Shown one piece after another: positions 22,643 to 33,823 of a stretch of DNA of 64,000 nucleotides. Source of the DNA: an uncultured Candidatus Peribacteria bacterium (GTDB lineage Bacteria; Patescibacteriota; Gracilibacteria; BD1-5; JAGOOR01); contig CAZWBM010000001.1 in the NCBI GenBank assembly GCA_964632405.1, forward strand, positions 40,850-104,849, read 5' to 3'. How positions within the stretch are numbered: position 1 is the stretch's first letter; the number at the start of each line of letters is the position of its first letter. The position numbers and the translations under genes are program-made. Below the pieces are notes generated by a model. The model did no database searches and was not told the origin of the DNA. It saw nothing but the letters and a program-made list of their open reading frames with translations.

Positions 22643-23284
22643 ATGAAAAAACTTCTTCTCCCGTTCTTGGCTCTCAGTATTCTTGCTTTCGCTTACACTG
22701 AAACCGATGTTTCCAATGCCAATTATCTCGCTACAAAAGGTATCATCACACAGCAATCAACAACTGCTGGCTATCGTCTCGATGATACAATCACTCGCGC
22801 AGAAGTAGCAGGTATCGCCCTCAAACTTCGTGGGACTATTCTTCCAGAAAGCTATCAATGTAAGAGATATTTCGGGGACACTATCCGAAATGACTGGATC
22901 TGTCGGGCAGTAGAGCTCGCCGCTGACGCTGAAATTGTTTCTCGAACTAATACAAGATTCCGACCTCAAGACAAGATTACGAGAGCGGAAGCTTTTGCAA
23001 TCATTTATAAGGCATCTAGGTTATCCCGATTACCAGAACTGGATGGAGGTCCTTTTCGATTTAAAGATGTAATAATATCTTGGCAAGTAACTCTTCTTAA
23101 AGATATCAATAATAGTGGTATCCCTCTTTCAGATATACCGTGAATAAAACCTGATCTCGCTTCAGATGATTCGTATAATTTTTATTTCTATCCAAACCGA
23201 AATGCTACTCGTGCAGAAATTTTTGCCTTTGCAAAAAATATCCTTGAGTATCAGGCAACCATGTCAGGTGAAGTAACCATATAA
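22643..23284 (+). CDS. SLH-like repeat protein, paralog 2
   Basis: ATG 22643 (MKKLLLPFLALSILAFA). Collinear with paralog 1 (YQCKRYFGDTIRNDWICRAVELAADAEIVSR versus YQCKKYYSDATKNDWICRAVEIAADHGIISR). Extends past TGA 23141-23143 to TAA 23282-23284. Confidence 0.65.
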
Positions 23285-23309
23285 ATCTTTTATTTCTTAA
23301 TTTTTTCTT

Positions 23310-23897
23310 ATGAAAAAAGGTCTCCTTATTCTCCTCGCAATCGTTGTCATCGGTGGATTCTGGGCTGTTGGTCAATACAACAAGCTCGTTACTGGTCGTG
23401 CTGGCGTAGACACTGCCTGGTCAAATGTCGAAGTCCAATACCAGAGACGCTCTGATATCGTACCGCAGCTCGTGGCGACTGTCGAAGGTGCAGCAAATTT
23501 TGAGAAAAAAACTCTCACTGATGTCGTCGAGGCACGCGCAAAAGCTACTTCAGTCCAAGTTGATCCGACCAATGCTACAAGTCTCAAGGCTTTTACATCG
23601 TCTCAAGGAGAGTTGTCTAGCGCTCTTTCTCGACTCCTGGTGACTGTCGAAGCATATCCAACGCTAACAGCAACACAGGGCTTTCGTGACCTCCAGTCTC
23701 AGCTCGAGGGAACAGAGAACCGTATCGCGGTAGCACGTGGCGACTATAACAGTGTAGCAAATAGCTGGAACGTGACTGTTGCTCGCGTTCCGACAGTGTT
23801 CATCGCTCGTCTCTTGGGCTTTGATAAGGCAGTTCTCTTTGATGCGGAAGCGGGTTCAGAAACCGCTCCAGAAGTGAAGTTTAATTTAGATAAATAA
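23310..23897 (+). CDS. lemA: LemA family protein
   Basis: N-terminal TM helix followed by YNKLVTGRAGVDTAWSNVEVQYQRRSDIVPQLV, the typical LemA sequence. Intact 195 aa. Confidence 0.9.
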   Translation: MKKGLLILLAIVVIGGFWAVGQYNKLVTGRAGVDTAWSNVEVQYQRRSDIVPQLVATVEGAANFEKKTLTDVVEARAKATSVQVDPTNATSLKAFTSSQGELSSALSRLLVTVEAYPTLTATQGFRDLQSQLEGTENRIAVARGDYNSVANSWNVTVARVPTVFIARLLGFDKAVLFDAEAGSETAPEVKFNLDK

Positions 23898-23910
23898 GTA
23901 TTGAATCTGA

Positions 23911-24030
23911 ACAGACAAGGGTTTTTAGGACAGAAACTGTTTAAGGTCCTTGCTGAACAGAAAAGGAAGATGAAAATAGTCCGAGTTTTTCTGTCCTAAA
24001 TGCTTTTGGTACTTTTGGCAACAAAAGTAC
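23911..24030 (+). repeat. Structured intergenic repeat, copy A
   Basis: Long stem TTTAGGACAGAAA (23924-23936) pairs with TTTCTGTCCTAAA (23988-24000), followed by hairpin GTACTTTTG-GCAA-CAAAAGTAC (24009-24030). Homologous to 38862-38985. Confidence 0.7.
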
Positions 24031-24037
24031 AAATACT

Positions 24038-24892
24038 ATGAAAAAAATCCTACTTTATGTCTTTCTTGTCGTACTGGTTTACTCTCAATTTGTAAGAGGT
24101 GAATTTATAGTACCACCTCTCCCCTCTTCGCCTATCTATGACGAAGTAGGGATTCTGACAACCGAAGAAAAGGCATCTCTGGAACAAAAAATACTGACAC
24201 TCGAAAAAGAAACACATCATCAGATTGGAATTGCAATCATAAAAAGTCTACAAGGAAGAACAATAGAAGAAGTAGGCATTGTATTGGCACGTTCATGGTG
24301 AATCGGCCAGAAAGGACTTGATAATGGCCTTCTAATACTTGTCGCGCCGACAGAGCGAGAAATGCGAATCGAGGTAGGTCGAGGACTCGAATGAGTGATG
24401 ACAGACCTCATGTCTCAAAGGGTTATCGATGAAGACTTCACACCCCATTTCCGTGAAGGAAATTATGGGGTAGGTCTTGCTGAAGGAATCGATCGTATGG
24501 CTCCCCTCCTCAGAGGTGAAGTCGTCGAGCTTCCAGAGGTGGCACCTCCTATTTCCGATACGATTATGGTCATTTTTATCATACTTTTCACATTTGGTTG
24601 GGCTCTCCTGAGCATACTCTCTTCGACAAAATCATGGTGGCTCGGCGGAGTCGTTGGTGGCGTTATAGGACTTATTGTTATGGGCATATGGGGGGCTTTT
24701 CTGATTGGTATATGTGGACTTTTCATTGATTATCTTCTCTCGAAGTATCTCTATGGGCGGATTTCGGCTCTTCAATCTCTCTCTCGGAGCCGATGGTGAG
24801 GAGGAGGCTGATTCGGTGGCGGAAGTTCTGGTGGTTGGGGTGGTTTCGGAGGTGGATGATTCGGTGGTGGTGGAGCCAGTGGCAAGTGGTAA
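24038..24892 (+). CDS. TPM-domain (YgcG-like) membrane protein
   Basis: ORFs 24038-24301 and 24395-24799 share a frame. The TPM motif region ARSW-G-IGQKGLDNGLLILVAPTEREMRIEVGRGLE-G-V is present. C-terminal TM helices are followed by a Gly-rich tail GGGGGFGGGSSGGWGGFGGGGFGGGGASGKW, in which three Gly are encoded by TGA. TAA stop at 24890-24892. Confidence 0.85.
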
Positions 24893-24973
24893 ACTAGAAA
24901 TACAAAAAGTCAATACTCTTCCCGCTCTAAAGAGTGTGCTGTTACTTTGAATTATTGAGGAAAATCTGTTAGG

Positions 24974-27900
24974 ATGTCTCTAATAGAACTCATGAAAAAG
25001 GCATTTATCCTCATACTCCTGCTCATCTGAACCGCTCTGTGTTTTGATGCACTAGCCCAGAGCTGGTCTTTTGACTGCAATGGCGATAACTGTCTCAAGG
25101 CAGGTGTCGACGCAGCAGGAGACAGTCTCGGTCAATCCACTGGAGTCATCACAGGCAAAGGTATCGTAGCAGCAGTGCAGGATCTTATCATCTATTTCCT
25201 CTCGTTCCTGAGTCTCATTGCTGTTATCTACATCATGTGGGCCGGTGCACAGATGCTCCTTTTCCCATCAAGTGAAGAATCCAGCGAGAAAACAAAGAAA
25301 ATCATCATTTCCGTGATTGTAGGCATTACCATCATCTGGTTTGCATGGTGGATGGTCAGCACGCTCTTTTATCTCCTCAATAACAATCAAGTCGTTTCAA
25401 GCACGTGGGTGCCACGTGCAGTCGCAGAAACACAGATACGCAATGTCGATTTCACGACCTACAGCAACAAGATCCGAGCCTTGAAAACACGTATCACCAG
25501 TGGATATAGTCCAGAAGTCACGAGTGAGCTCAATGTCCTCATCGATGGGGCTTTTGATCATCTACCAGACCGAGCTGATAAGTACGTCAACAAGCAACTC
25601 TATGACAGGGTAAAAAAGGCCATAGCAGATTATGATCTTCATCGCGAAGAAATCGATCGTGGAATTCTCGAAAATGCTATTGATGCATTTCTTGAGCAGG
25701 TTCAGGTCTTCTCTATCCAAGGGAACATCTCTGCCACGCCTCGGAGTGGTGATGCTCCCCTCTCAGTAACCCTCGAAGGGAAAAATATCATCGATAAAAG
25801 TGGAACCATTATCCCCGAAGGAAACTTCACTTGGTGGCTCCGTACGCCGGATGGTCCTCGTGTCCTGGGGCGTGGAAAAACTATCAACTATATTTTTCAG
25901 GATGAATGAACCTATACTGTCTATCTGACTGTAAACTCAGCTAGTAAGAACAATAGAGGATTTGTCGATGTCATAAGCTTCGAAGATCAGACGACGGTGG
26001 AGGTGGGTCAAGCAAAGCTCAAGCTTGTCGTCTATTTTAACGATCAACTCGCCACCGAAAGCGTAAAGATTCCTTCCCGTGAATCTACACAGAAAGTGCT
26101 CATTGATGCCTCTCAGACAAAGTTTGCCTCTGGATATACCATTACCAAGACAGAATGGGATTTCGGCAATGGGAAAACTGTTATCCGTGAAGGAACGCCA
26201 ATTATCGAAGCCCAGAATTATAAAGAAGGCGAATTCACAGTAAAAATGAAATTAACTCGCAATGATGGCGAATCATTCACGCGAAGCATCCTCCTCAAGG
26301 TCGGAGACCCTATCGCTTCTATCTCTGTGAATAATCCAAATCCCAATAAAGGCGATACGGTCATATTCCAGGCAAAGAAAGTCATACAGGAAGGCGTTCA
26401 ATATAGCTGGGAAATCCGGAAATTCGGTATCGAAAAACCGATATTTACCGGCACAGGACCTCGTATAGAATACATATTCCGCGAAGTCGGCCGGTATAGT
26501 GTCGGTCTCACTTCAGCAAAAGGCGACGCGCGCGACAAAGAAACAATAGAGATAAGTATCGAATCACGACCTCCTGTCGTCCGATTCAGCGCTGATCAGC
26601 TCTCTCCTGAAACACCAAATATCTATGTTTTTGATGGAACCTCCACTTATGACCCTGATTATCCAGATGATCAGACATTGAAATACCAATGGTTCGTCAA
26701 TGACAAACCCGCCCAATTAACAAGTACTAATTCCAATAATAGCCGATGAGAATATGTCTTCCCAGAGATTGGTAATTATCAGGTTGAGCTCCATGTTACT
26801 GATGATCAAGGGAAAACTGCTACATTCAAGAAGGATATCACTATCAAATCACTCCTATCTATCCAGCTCAATATACGTCCTCAGGTAGTGAAACGAGGAG
26901 ACAAAGTAATCATCACTGCTACTGCTCCAAATGCTGATATATATGAATGGAGTCTTGGTGCAAAAGACGTTGCTGTAACACAAACCGGCCGCTATGTGAG
27001 TAGTTTTGATACTTCAGGCACGTATCCTCTCATCCTCAAAGTCACTGATAAATATGGAAATACAAATACCGTCCAGAGAAAGATATATGTCGTCGATGGT
27101 GACAAACCTTTTTCTGTGATACAAGTATCGACAAAGAGCTTTCTCACGGAAGTTCAACCCGACGCCTGTAACGGCCAACCAGCATTTATTGTAGACCGAG
27201 TAAATCCTGTTTCATTTGCAGGGGACAAAAGCGTTAATGTAGGCGGAAAAACAACTGATCTGACCTATTTTTGGAAAGTGGGGCTCAATACGACTTCAAC
27301 ACAGAAGAGCTTCAGCCACACATTTGATGAGCTCGGATGTGAAGAAGTATCTCTCACAGTTATAGATAAGAAAACAGGAGTATCTAGCATGGCACATGAA
27401 TGGGTAAGAGTGGTAAATATCGCACCGAGATTCTCCGATATAGAAGTACTCGTCGAAAATATCGATCAGGACCCTATGCGTATCAATCTGCGAATGGAAT
27501 GAGCAAAGGACCCTGATGGGGTCATCCGCTCCTATACGTGGTATTACTACACCAGTACCGATGAGCAACCTCAGGGTTTCCGTATAACCACGAAACCGGA
27601 AACTTCTTTTACGCTCCCAAAAATCAATGGACGTTACTATTTCTCAGTCGTTATGGAGGACAGTAATGGTCTGCGTGTCGATACACGAGAGATCTCAGAA
27701 AATAAATTCTCTACACCTGACTTGCTCGTAAACCAAAATATTGCTACACCGATTATAGAATTTCGGGCCAGTACGCTCGATGCGAAATATGGTGATCCAG
27801 TAGAGCTCAGTGTCACTGTGAAAAATGCACTTGGACAAGATATAACAAAAGCTTCAGAATACCGATGGGACGTTGACGGTGATGGGTTCTATGATATCAA

Positions 27901-30367
27901 AACAAGTGAAAATATACTCACCTATAAATATACGATTCCCGGTGAATACCATCCGAAAGTAAAAGTCACCCATCGTGGACTCTCGACAACCAAATTCCTG
28001 ACAATCACCGTTACAAATCGTCTTATTCCACAAGCCCAAATACAGGTTATCGGTGATAAGATCATTGCCTACAATACATCAAGTGGGATCGTGCAAAGTG
28101 TGACATGGTTTGCCGATGAGGTAAAGGTATCAGAGAATAAAGAATATCTCGTCTATACACCAAGCGGGGATTCTTTCCCAAAAAATATCCGTCTCGAGAT
28201 TTCTGACGGTGATGACAAACAATCTATCACAATCCCTGTCGAGCGTAGCCCTCAAAATAAGATACTTGTACGAAAGGTATGACGACCTTTGGTGATTCTC
28301 TCCAATGAGAGTACCTCTCTCAACGCAACCCCAGATGATATCACCTGGGCAGACCCGACGAAACCTCTCTTTTTCTATCTCGGGGAATCAGAAGGTGCTA
28401 TCCAGTATTATGTTATAGACAATGATATAGACATAGACACTGATCTCTCTGGTGGCAAAAATGATGATGCCGACAATAAATGAACTGCCTCATATCGTCT
28501 CGGACGACCATATATGGTTCCTGTTGGTACAAAGCGGATCACTATCATGCGATTCCGAATACTGGGAAGTGATGGAAAAGAAATCGATTCACGACAGATA
28601 CGCGTCACTCGCACATTTATGGCAGCAGAAGTTGATGCAGAAATTACAAATACGCCTCCCAAAACAACACAGACATTTAACATGACAAAAGAAGACAAGG
28701 CTCGATTGGACCGTCTCAGCACGCTCGTCAAAAATGTGAGTGATGAAGCAACCCGTAATGAGCTCATGCGCTATGTAGATCAACTCGGAGACATATGGTA
28801 TGATAGAGCTGATAGGGCAGAGACATTGCTGCAATTCTCACATGCTGTCGATGGTAATAGCACGATTGATCCGGATCTAAAAGCTCGCATCCTCGAACAG
28901 GTTAATCTCATCTACACCCAGGGCCAGCAAGATGTCGCAGAGAGAGATCTCGCTCGCACAATCATCAGAGATCTCCTCGCAAAAAGTACTTACCAAAAGG
29001 AAATATTTGGGGATGGAACAGATGAGAATCCAGGACTCCTGGACGGACTCATCGATAATCCAGAATACTATGCTCAAAACAAGAAACTAGTTGAACGTAT
29101 CTACAATGAATACGTGAAGCTCGATACGACTCTTTCCGATGACACAAAAGCAACCATTCAAGAAAAACTCAATCTCCTCGCAGGTACACCTCCAGTGGTG
29201 AAACCTGGAACAGAAGAAACACCTGTGATAGATGACAATACAGGAACAGATTTTCTCTCAAAACTGAAAGAGAAGCTCGGTGGTGTCGGTCCTCTCGTCC
29301 TCTGGGTCTGTTTAGCTATTATTGGTGTCTTTGGTATGATCTTTGCTATAAGTAAGATCCGCTCTAGACAAAGCGGGGGAGATATACCTCATGATGATAG
29401 TCTCTCTCCGGTGGATAATTCCGATACATCGCATGGTCCAGGATGGCTCCACGAAGACCATGGAGATATAGCAAGCACACCGTCAACAGAAGATCATGCC
29501 GAAGGAACTCCTGACTGGCTCAAAGCTACTGAATCTCCATTTGGTTCTGAAGATGTCCTTTCAAAAGAAGTACAATCATCACCTGCAGTTTCTGGTGGAG
29601 CAAGTACACCTGACTGGATGCATGATGAAGGAGCACATAATACTCCTATAAAATCAGAAGAAACACATGAGAAGGAAAAGATAGCAGAACAAGAAACACC
29701 GGACTGGCTTGCCGATACATCAAAAAAACATACAGAAACTGAAACAAAAAATCCTGCACCAGAAATTAATACTACTACACACGATGACATCCCTGACTGG
29801 CTCAAGGGAAGTGAAAGCACAGAAGCTGTAACTCCTGCAGAACCAGCTATGACATCAAGCGATCAAAAAGAAGACACTTCTAGTGGAAATCAGCTTTTTG
29901 AAAATAAAGAGCCAGAAAAAACTGCAGGGGAAATAATCCCTTCCCAGGCTGAAGAGAAAACCATAGCCCAAGAGAGTATTTCTGAACCAGATCACGAGCT
30001 TCCTGATTGGCTCAAGGGCAGTGAAACGATGCCAGAAGTACCGGAAGAAAATACTCCAGTCGGAACTGATTGAAATACGGAAATACCTCCGGATAATAAG
30101 AACGCTGAAACACCGACGATTTCTTCTGAGAATCCTATACCTCTTTCTCCAGCAACTATGGAAACACCAAAAAGCACCCCTGAGAAAAAGAAAAAGAGAG
30201 GAGAAAATAAGCATTGGAAAAAGCCAAAAACAGGATCAAAGACGAAAAAGTCACAAGATACAAAAAATCTCATAGACGAGAGCGAGCATCTCCTCGGACC
30301 AGCCCATGATCTCATCGAAGGCCCTGACCATCTCATAGCACCTGACGACTCATCTTCAAAATCATAG
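24974..30367 (+). CDS. Giant surface protein: T4SS-pilin-like N-terminal domain, at least 8 PKD-like domains, a TM anchor and an acidic PDWL-repeat tail
   Basis: Seven track ORFs (25175-25909, 25997-26749, 26888-27502, 27653-28282, 28289-28483, 28514-30073, 30158-30367) share one frame and are separated only by TGA. Start is ATG 24974 or 24992 (signal peptide MKKAFILILLLI). TAG stop at 30365-30367. About 1797 aa. Confidence 0.8.
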
Positions 30368-30368
30368 T

Positions 30369-32708
30369 ATGCTCTTCACTCCTCCAAAATCTCCGACAAA
30401 TACTCCTAAAATAGTGAAGAAAACTTCTCTGTGGTCAAAAATTCTGAACTACACAGCCAATGACCAGGATTATGTCGCTCCGCTCAAGATAACCAAAACC
30501 GCTCAGGCAAAAAAGCCGAAGAACATATGGGGACATCTAAAAGCAGCCCTGACGATATTCATGGTGTTTTATGTGATGCTCTGCGCATTTGTCCTCTTGA
30601 ATCCTCAATACGCACTCTTCTTCAACAATGTACTGGGGGTACAATACCTGACTATCCGCACCATTTTAGAATACACTATCTATACTGTTTACAGTATTTT
30701 TGGTCTTATCCTCGGTGGTGGATTTCTCTTTTTTGGATTCAGAGCGATGACTATCCGGACCAAGAGTCGTGCCAAACACACAAATGTATGGATTATCACG
30801 ACGCTGTTTTGTCTCCTTTTCTTCTCAAATATTGCGCTCTTTGCATGGACGTATGACTGGTTTCGCAGGATAGATTTCTGAAATCTCGATGGACGAGTCA
30901 TCATCTATGACAATACGATCCTAAAGTATCTAAAACCAGGAGAAGATCAATCTCTGGCCGTCATAGATAACGATGTGAAAATCGGTCCTCTGAACATCAG
31001 ATATGATATCAGCGCTTATGTCAAAAAAGTGGCTCGTTTAGAGGGTCTCCTGTTCACTCAACCATACACATTTGAAATCGATTACGATGATGATAAGCGT
31101 TTTGATCGTGGTTCTGGGCAGAACAATTTCGTTGATAGACCTATCTCCGATATTGATTTCGCTCCGATTATCGCTCCTGAATTTGCCTATGACAAAGCAG
31201 GCTCCTATGCTCCAAAGGCCACCATCCGTGGTATTGATGTGGGAGGTAAACCGATTACGCTCGAACTGGAATTACCGACTATCTCTCTCCAAAAAATAGT
31301 AAAAATTGGACGGACAAATCTCGCAAATGGTGGTATCCAGTATACTTTTGACGCATCCGATCTCGCAGATCTCGGACAAGTACGATGGTCCGTACTAGAA
31401 AAATCAACAATGGTAAAAGATGGATACCAGTTCTCTCCAGATAAGATATTTGAAGCTCCGACGATGATCTGTCTCCAGATTTTCCGTGGGAAAGCTCCGA
31501 TCTCCAATAAATGTGACTGGAAGTTCGTCACGGAAGAAACTTCAAAAAGCAATATCCAAAACACTGACATCACCATCAAAATCGATCCTCTCAATCCCCT
31601 GAAATATCAGTTTTCTGTTGACCCAAAAGCAACTCAATGAGACATCAAAACAGTGAGATGGTATATCAACGATAATCTCTACGTCGGAAAATTTGATTCA
31701 GGTTTTGAGAGAATATTTGATTATACATTCCATGATCCTGGTACCTATAAAATAGAGGCAGAAATAGAGGATACTCTGGCAAATGTCGTCCGAATAGGAA
31801 CTCCGAATCCCATCTATACTGCATCCATGGTAGACCTCAAAGATGGATATACCCTGCAGATAACAGATGAAGTAGGAACAAATCTCGACCTTGATGCCTA
31901 TGACAAAGCGACACAATCTTATCTCCTTCCTGATTTTCCAGTACCCTGAATTCTCACGCTCGATGCGACTCATGTACGCGCGAACTCTTCTCGTCTGCGT
32001 CTGGAAAAAGTCGAGTGGGACACGAATAATGATGGGGTCTATGAAGCAGAATGACTCACGCTCGATCATGATCTACAGTTACCGGGACGCTATGATATCC
32101 GCGCACGTTATACGTTTACAGACCTCTCTGTCGATGGAAAAGATATTCCTATTTATCATATAGATCGTGTCGCTGTTGTGGGTATTCAGAAATTTCTGGA
32201 TGTACGTGTAAAAATAACCCCGGATGATAATTATGCTCCCGCAAACGTCCATTTTGACGCGTCTGGGTCAAAAATACAGAAAGGAGATATACGGAAATTC
32301 ATCTATGACTTCGGTGATGGGAAAAAATACGAAGGAGAGGGTGTCGTGACGACATACAGATACAATAATCCTGGGGAATATAAGATCACGGTCACTGCCG
32401 TCAGTGATAAGGGTATTCGTGCCTCAAAAACGTATATTCTTCTTCTGAAGAAACCTCAAGAAACAGTGGCAATAGTACCAAGTATCGCCTCTGGTATGGC
32501 TGAGGCAAATCTTCCCATCACCTTTGATGCTGCCGTTCGTGGAACAGACAATATCATCACCTGGGATATGGGCGATGGTTCCGGCGAACAGACCGGGAAA
32601 AGCATCGTCTATGAATTTGCTACTCCTGGAACCTATACCATTCGTGTCCGAGTAGTCTACACTTCCGGCATAGAGGAATCTGATTCTATCATCTATACAG
32701 TCCGTTAA
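30369..32708 (+). CDS. Polytopic membrane protein with extracellular PKD-like domains
   Basis: ORFs 30369-30881, 30975-31640, 31653-31949 and 32178-32708 share a frame and join through TGA codons. N-terminal TM helices. YDFGDGKKYEG and WDMGDGSGEQ are PKD signatures. Starts 1 nt after the upstream stop. Confidence 0.8.
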
Positions 32709-32709
32709 T

Positions 32710-33753
32710 ATGCATTTCTCATTCATTCTCGATTTTCTCCATACATTCTGGCTTCCTCTCACGATAACAAGTATGGGAGCCCTCCTGTATGGAAGTGGCG
32801 TTGCGTGGTATGGACGTGTATCACTGGGACAGAGTCTTGCACTTTTTTTCACTGGTATTATCGTCATCACCTGTATTTTTCTCCCTTTTAACTGGTCGAT
32901 ACAGAATTCAGGAAGTGGGAAAGAACTTTCTCTTTTTTTCTTTGATATCAATATCGAGGGAAATAATTTCATCAACGATCTGAAGAATTATCTCGGGATG
33001 CTCCATATATCATCGGCATACACTCAGAATACTATCGTTATTTTCCTCGCTTTCCTCGAAGAGCTCGCAAAGCTCACGCTCCTCATCCTCTGTATCAGAA
33101 AATCTCTGCGTTTGCCGGTTATCATAGTCTACATCGTCGTCATAGGATCTCTGATACATAGTCTCCTCTGAGCAGGAAATTCAGACACAACACTGATAGC
33201 TTTTGTCAGTGCAGGTGTTGTAGGACTCATCGTGCTCTGGTATCTCCTGGGGACTCCAGTGAAAACCGAAAGTGTGTCTGACTATATGTATAGCATTGCG
33301 CTCGTCGCACTGGGATTCGCATTTGCAGAAAATATCAAATACATATTCGATCTTTCCAGGGCAGGGAATAGTGAAGAAGCCATCCTCAATAATGCAATGC
33401 TTCGAGCCGTATTCTGATATCTCTCCCATACATTTTTTAGTATGGTGTGTGTAGCGCTCTACGCTCGGGGACGCTTCGCATTTCTCAGAATCATCGATAA
33501 TGCCGGCACACTCTCTCTGGGGCAAAAAGCTCTCTGATGGAAGTGATATACACGGATAAAAAGCATTCAGGGTTTTTGGCTCGGTGTCGTAATAGCAACT
33601 ATCATTCATGGCATCTACAATATCTATATTGGTCAAAACGTTATGATACCATCGGTTATGCTTATTATCGGTTTTCTCTTTCTCGAATTCTTCGTTCTCC
33701 ATGATCTGCGAAATAATACGAAATACGGACATATAGAAAACTATATGAAGTAA
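32710..33753 (+). CDS. PrsW-family intramembrane protease
   Basis: ORFs 32710-33171 and 33232-33417 share a frame, extended to TAA 33751-33753. Motifs EELAK, ALGFAFAENIKY and a later IHGIYN, with multiple TM helices. Confidence 0.72.
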
Positions 33754-33760
33754 ATAAAAC

Positions 33761-33788
33761 TTGAAATAATAATTAGCACCTATATAAT
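33761..33788 (+). promoter_or_regulatory. Sigma-70-type promoter of clpB
   Basis: TTGAAA (33761-33766), a 16-nt spacer, then TATAAT (33783-33788), 36 nt upstream of the clpB ATG. Confidence 0.6.
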
Positions 33789-33799
33789 GTAGGTGCTAA
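33773..33799. promoter_or_regulatory. CIRCE-like HrcA operator
   Basis: Perfect inverted repeat TTAGCACCT-N9-AGGTGCTAA. The CIRCE consensus as I recall it is TTAGCACTC-N9-GAGTGCTAA. It overlaps the -10 box. Confidence 0.75.
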
Positions 33800-33823
33800 T
33801 TTTATATTTTATCCCTTTAAAAT

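Noticed and set aside
32424-33732. Two 183-aa minus-strand ORFs (32424-32975 and 33181-33732)
   Set aside because: They are antisense to the PKD protein and PrsW genes, which have clear motifs in the plus frame.
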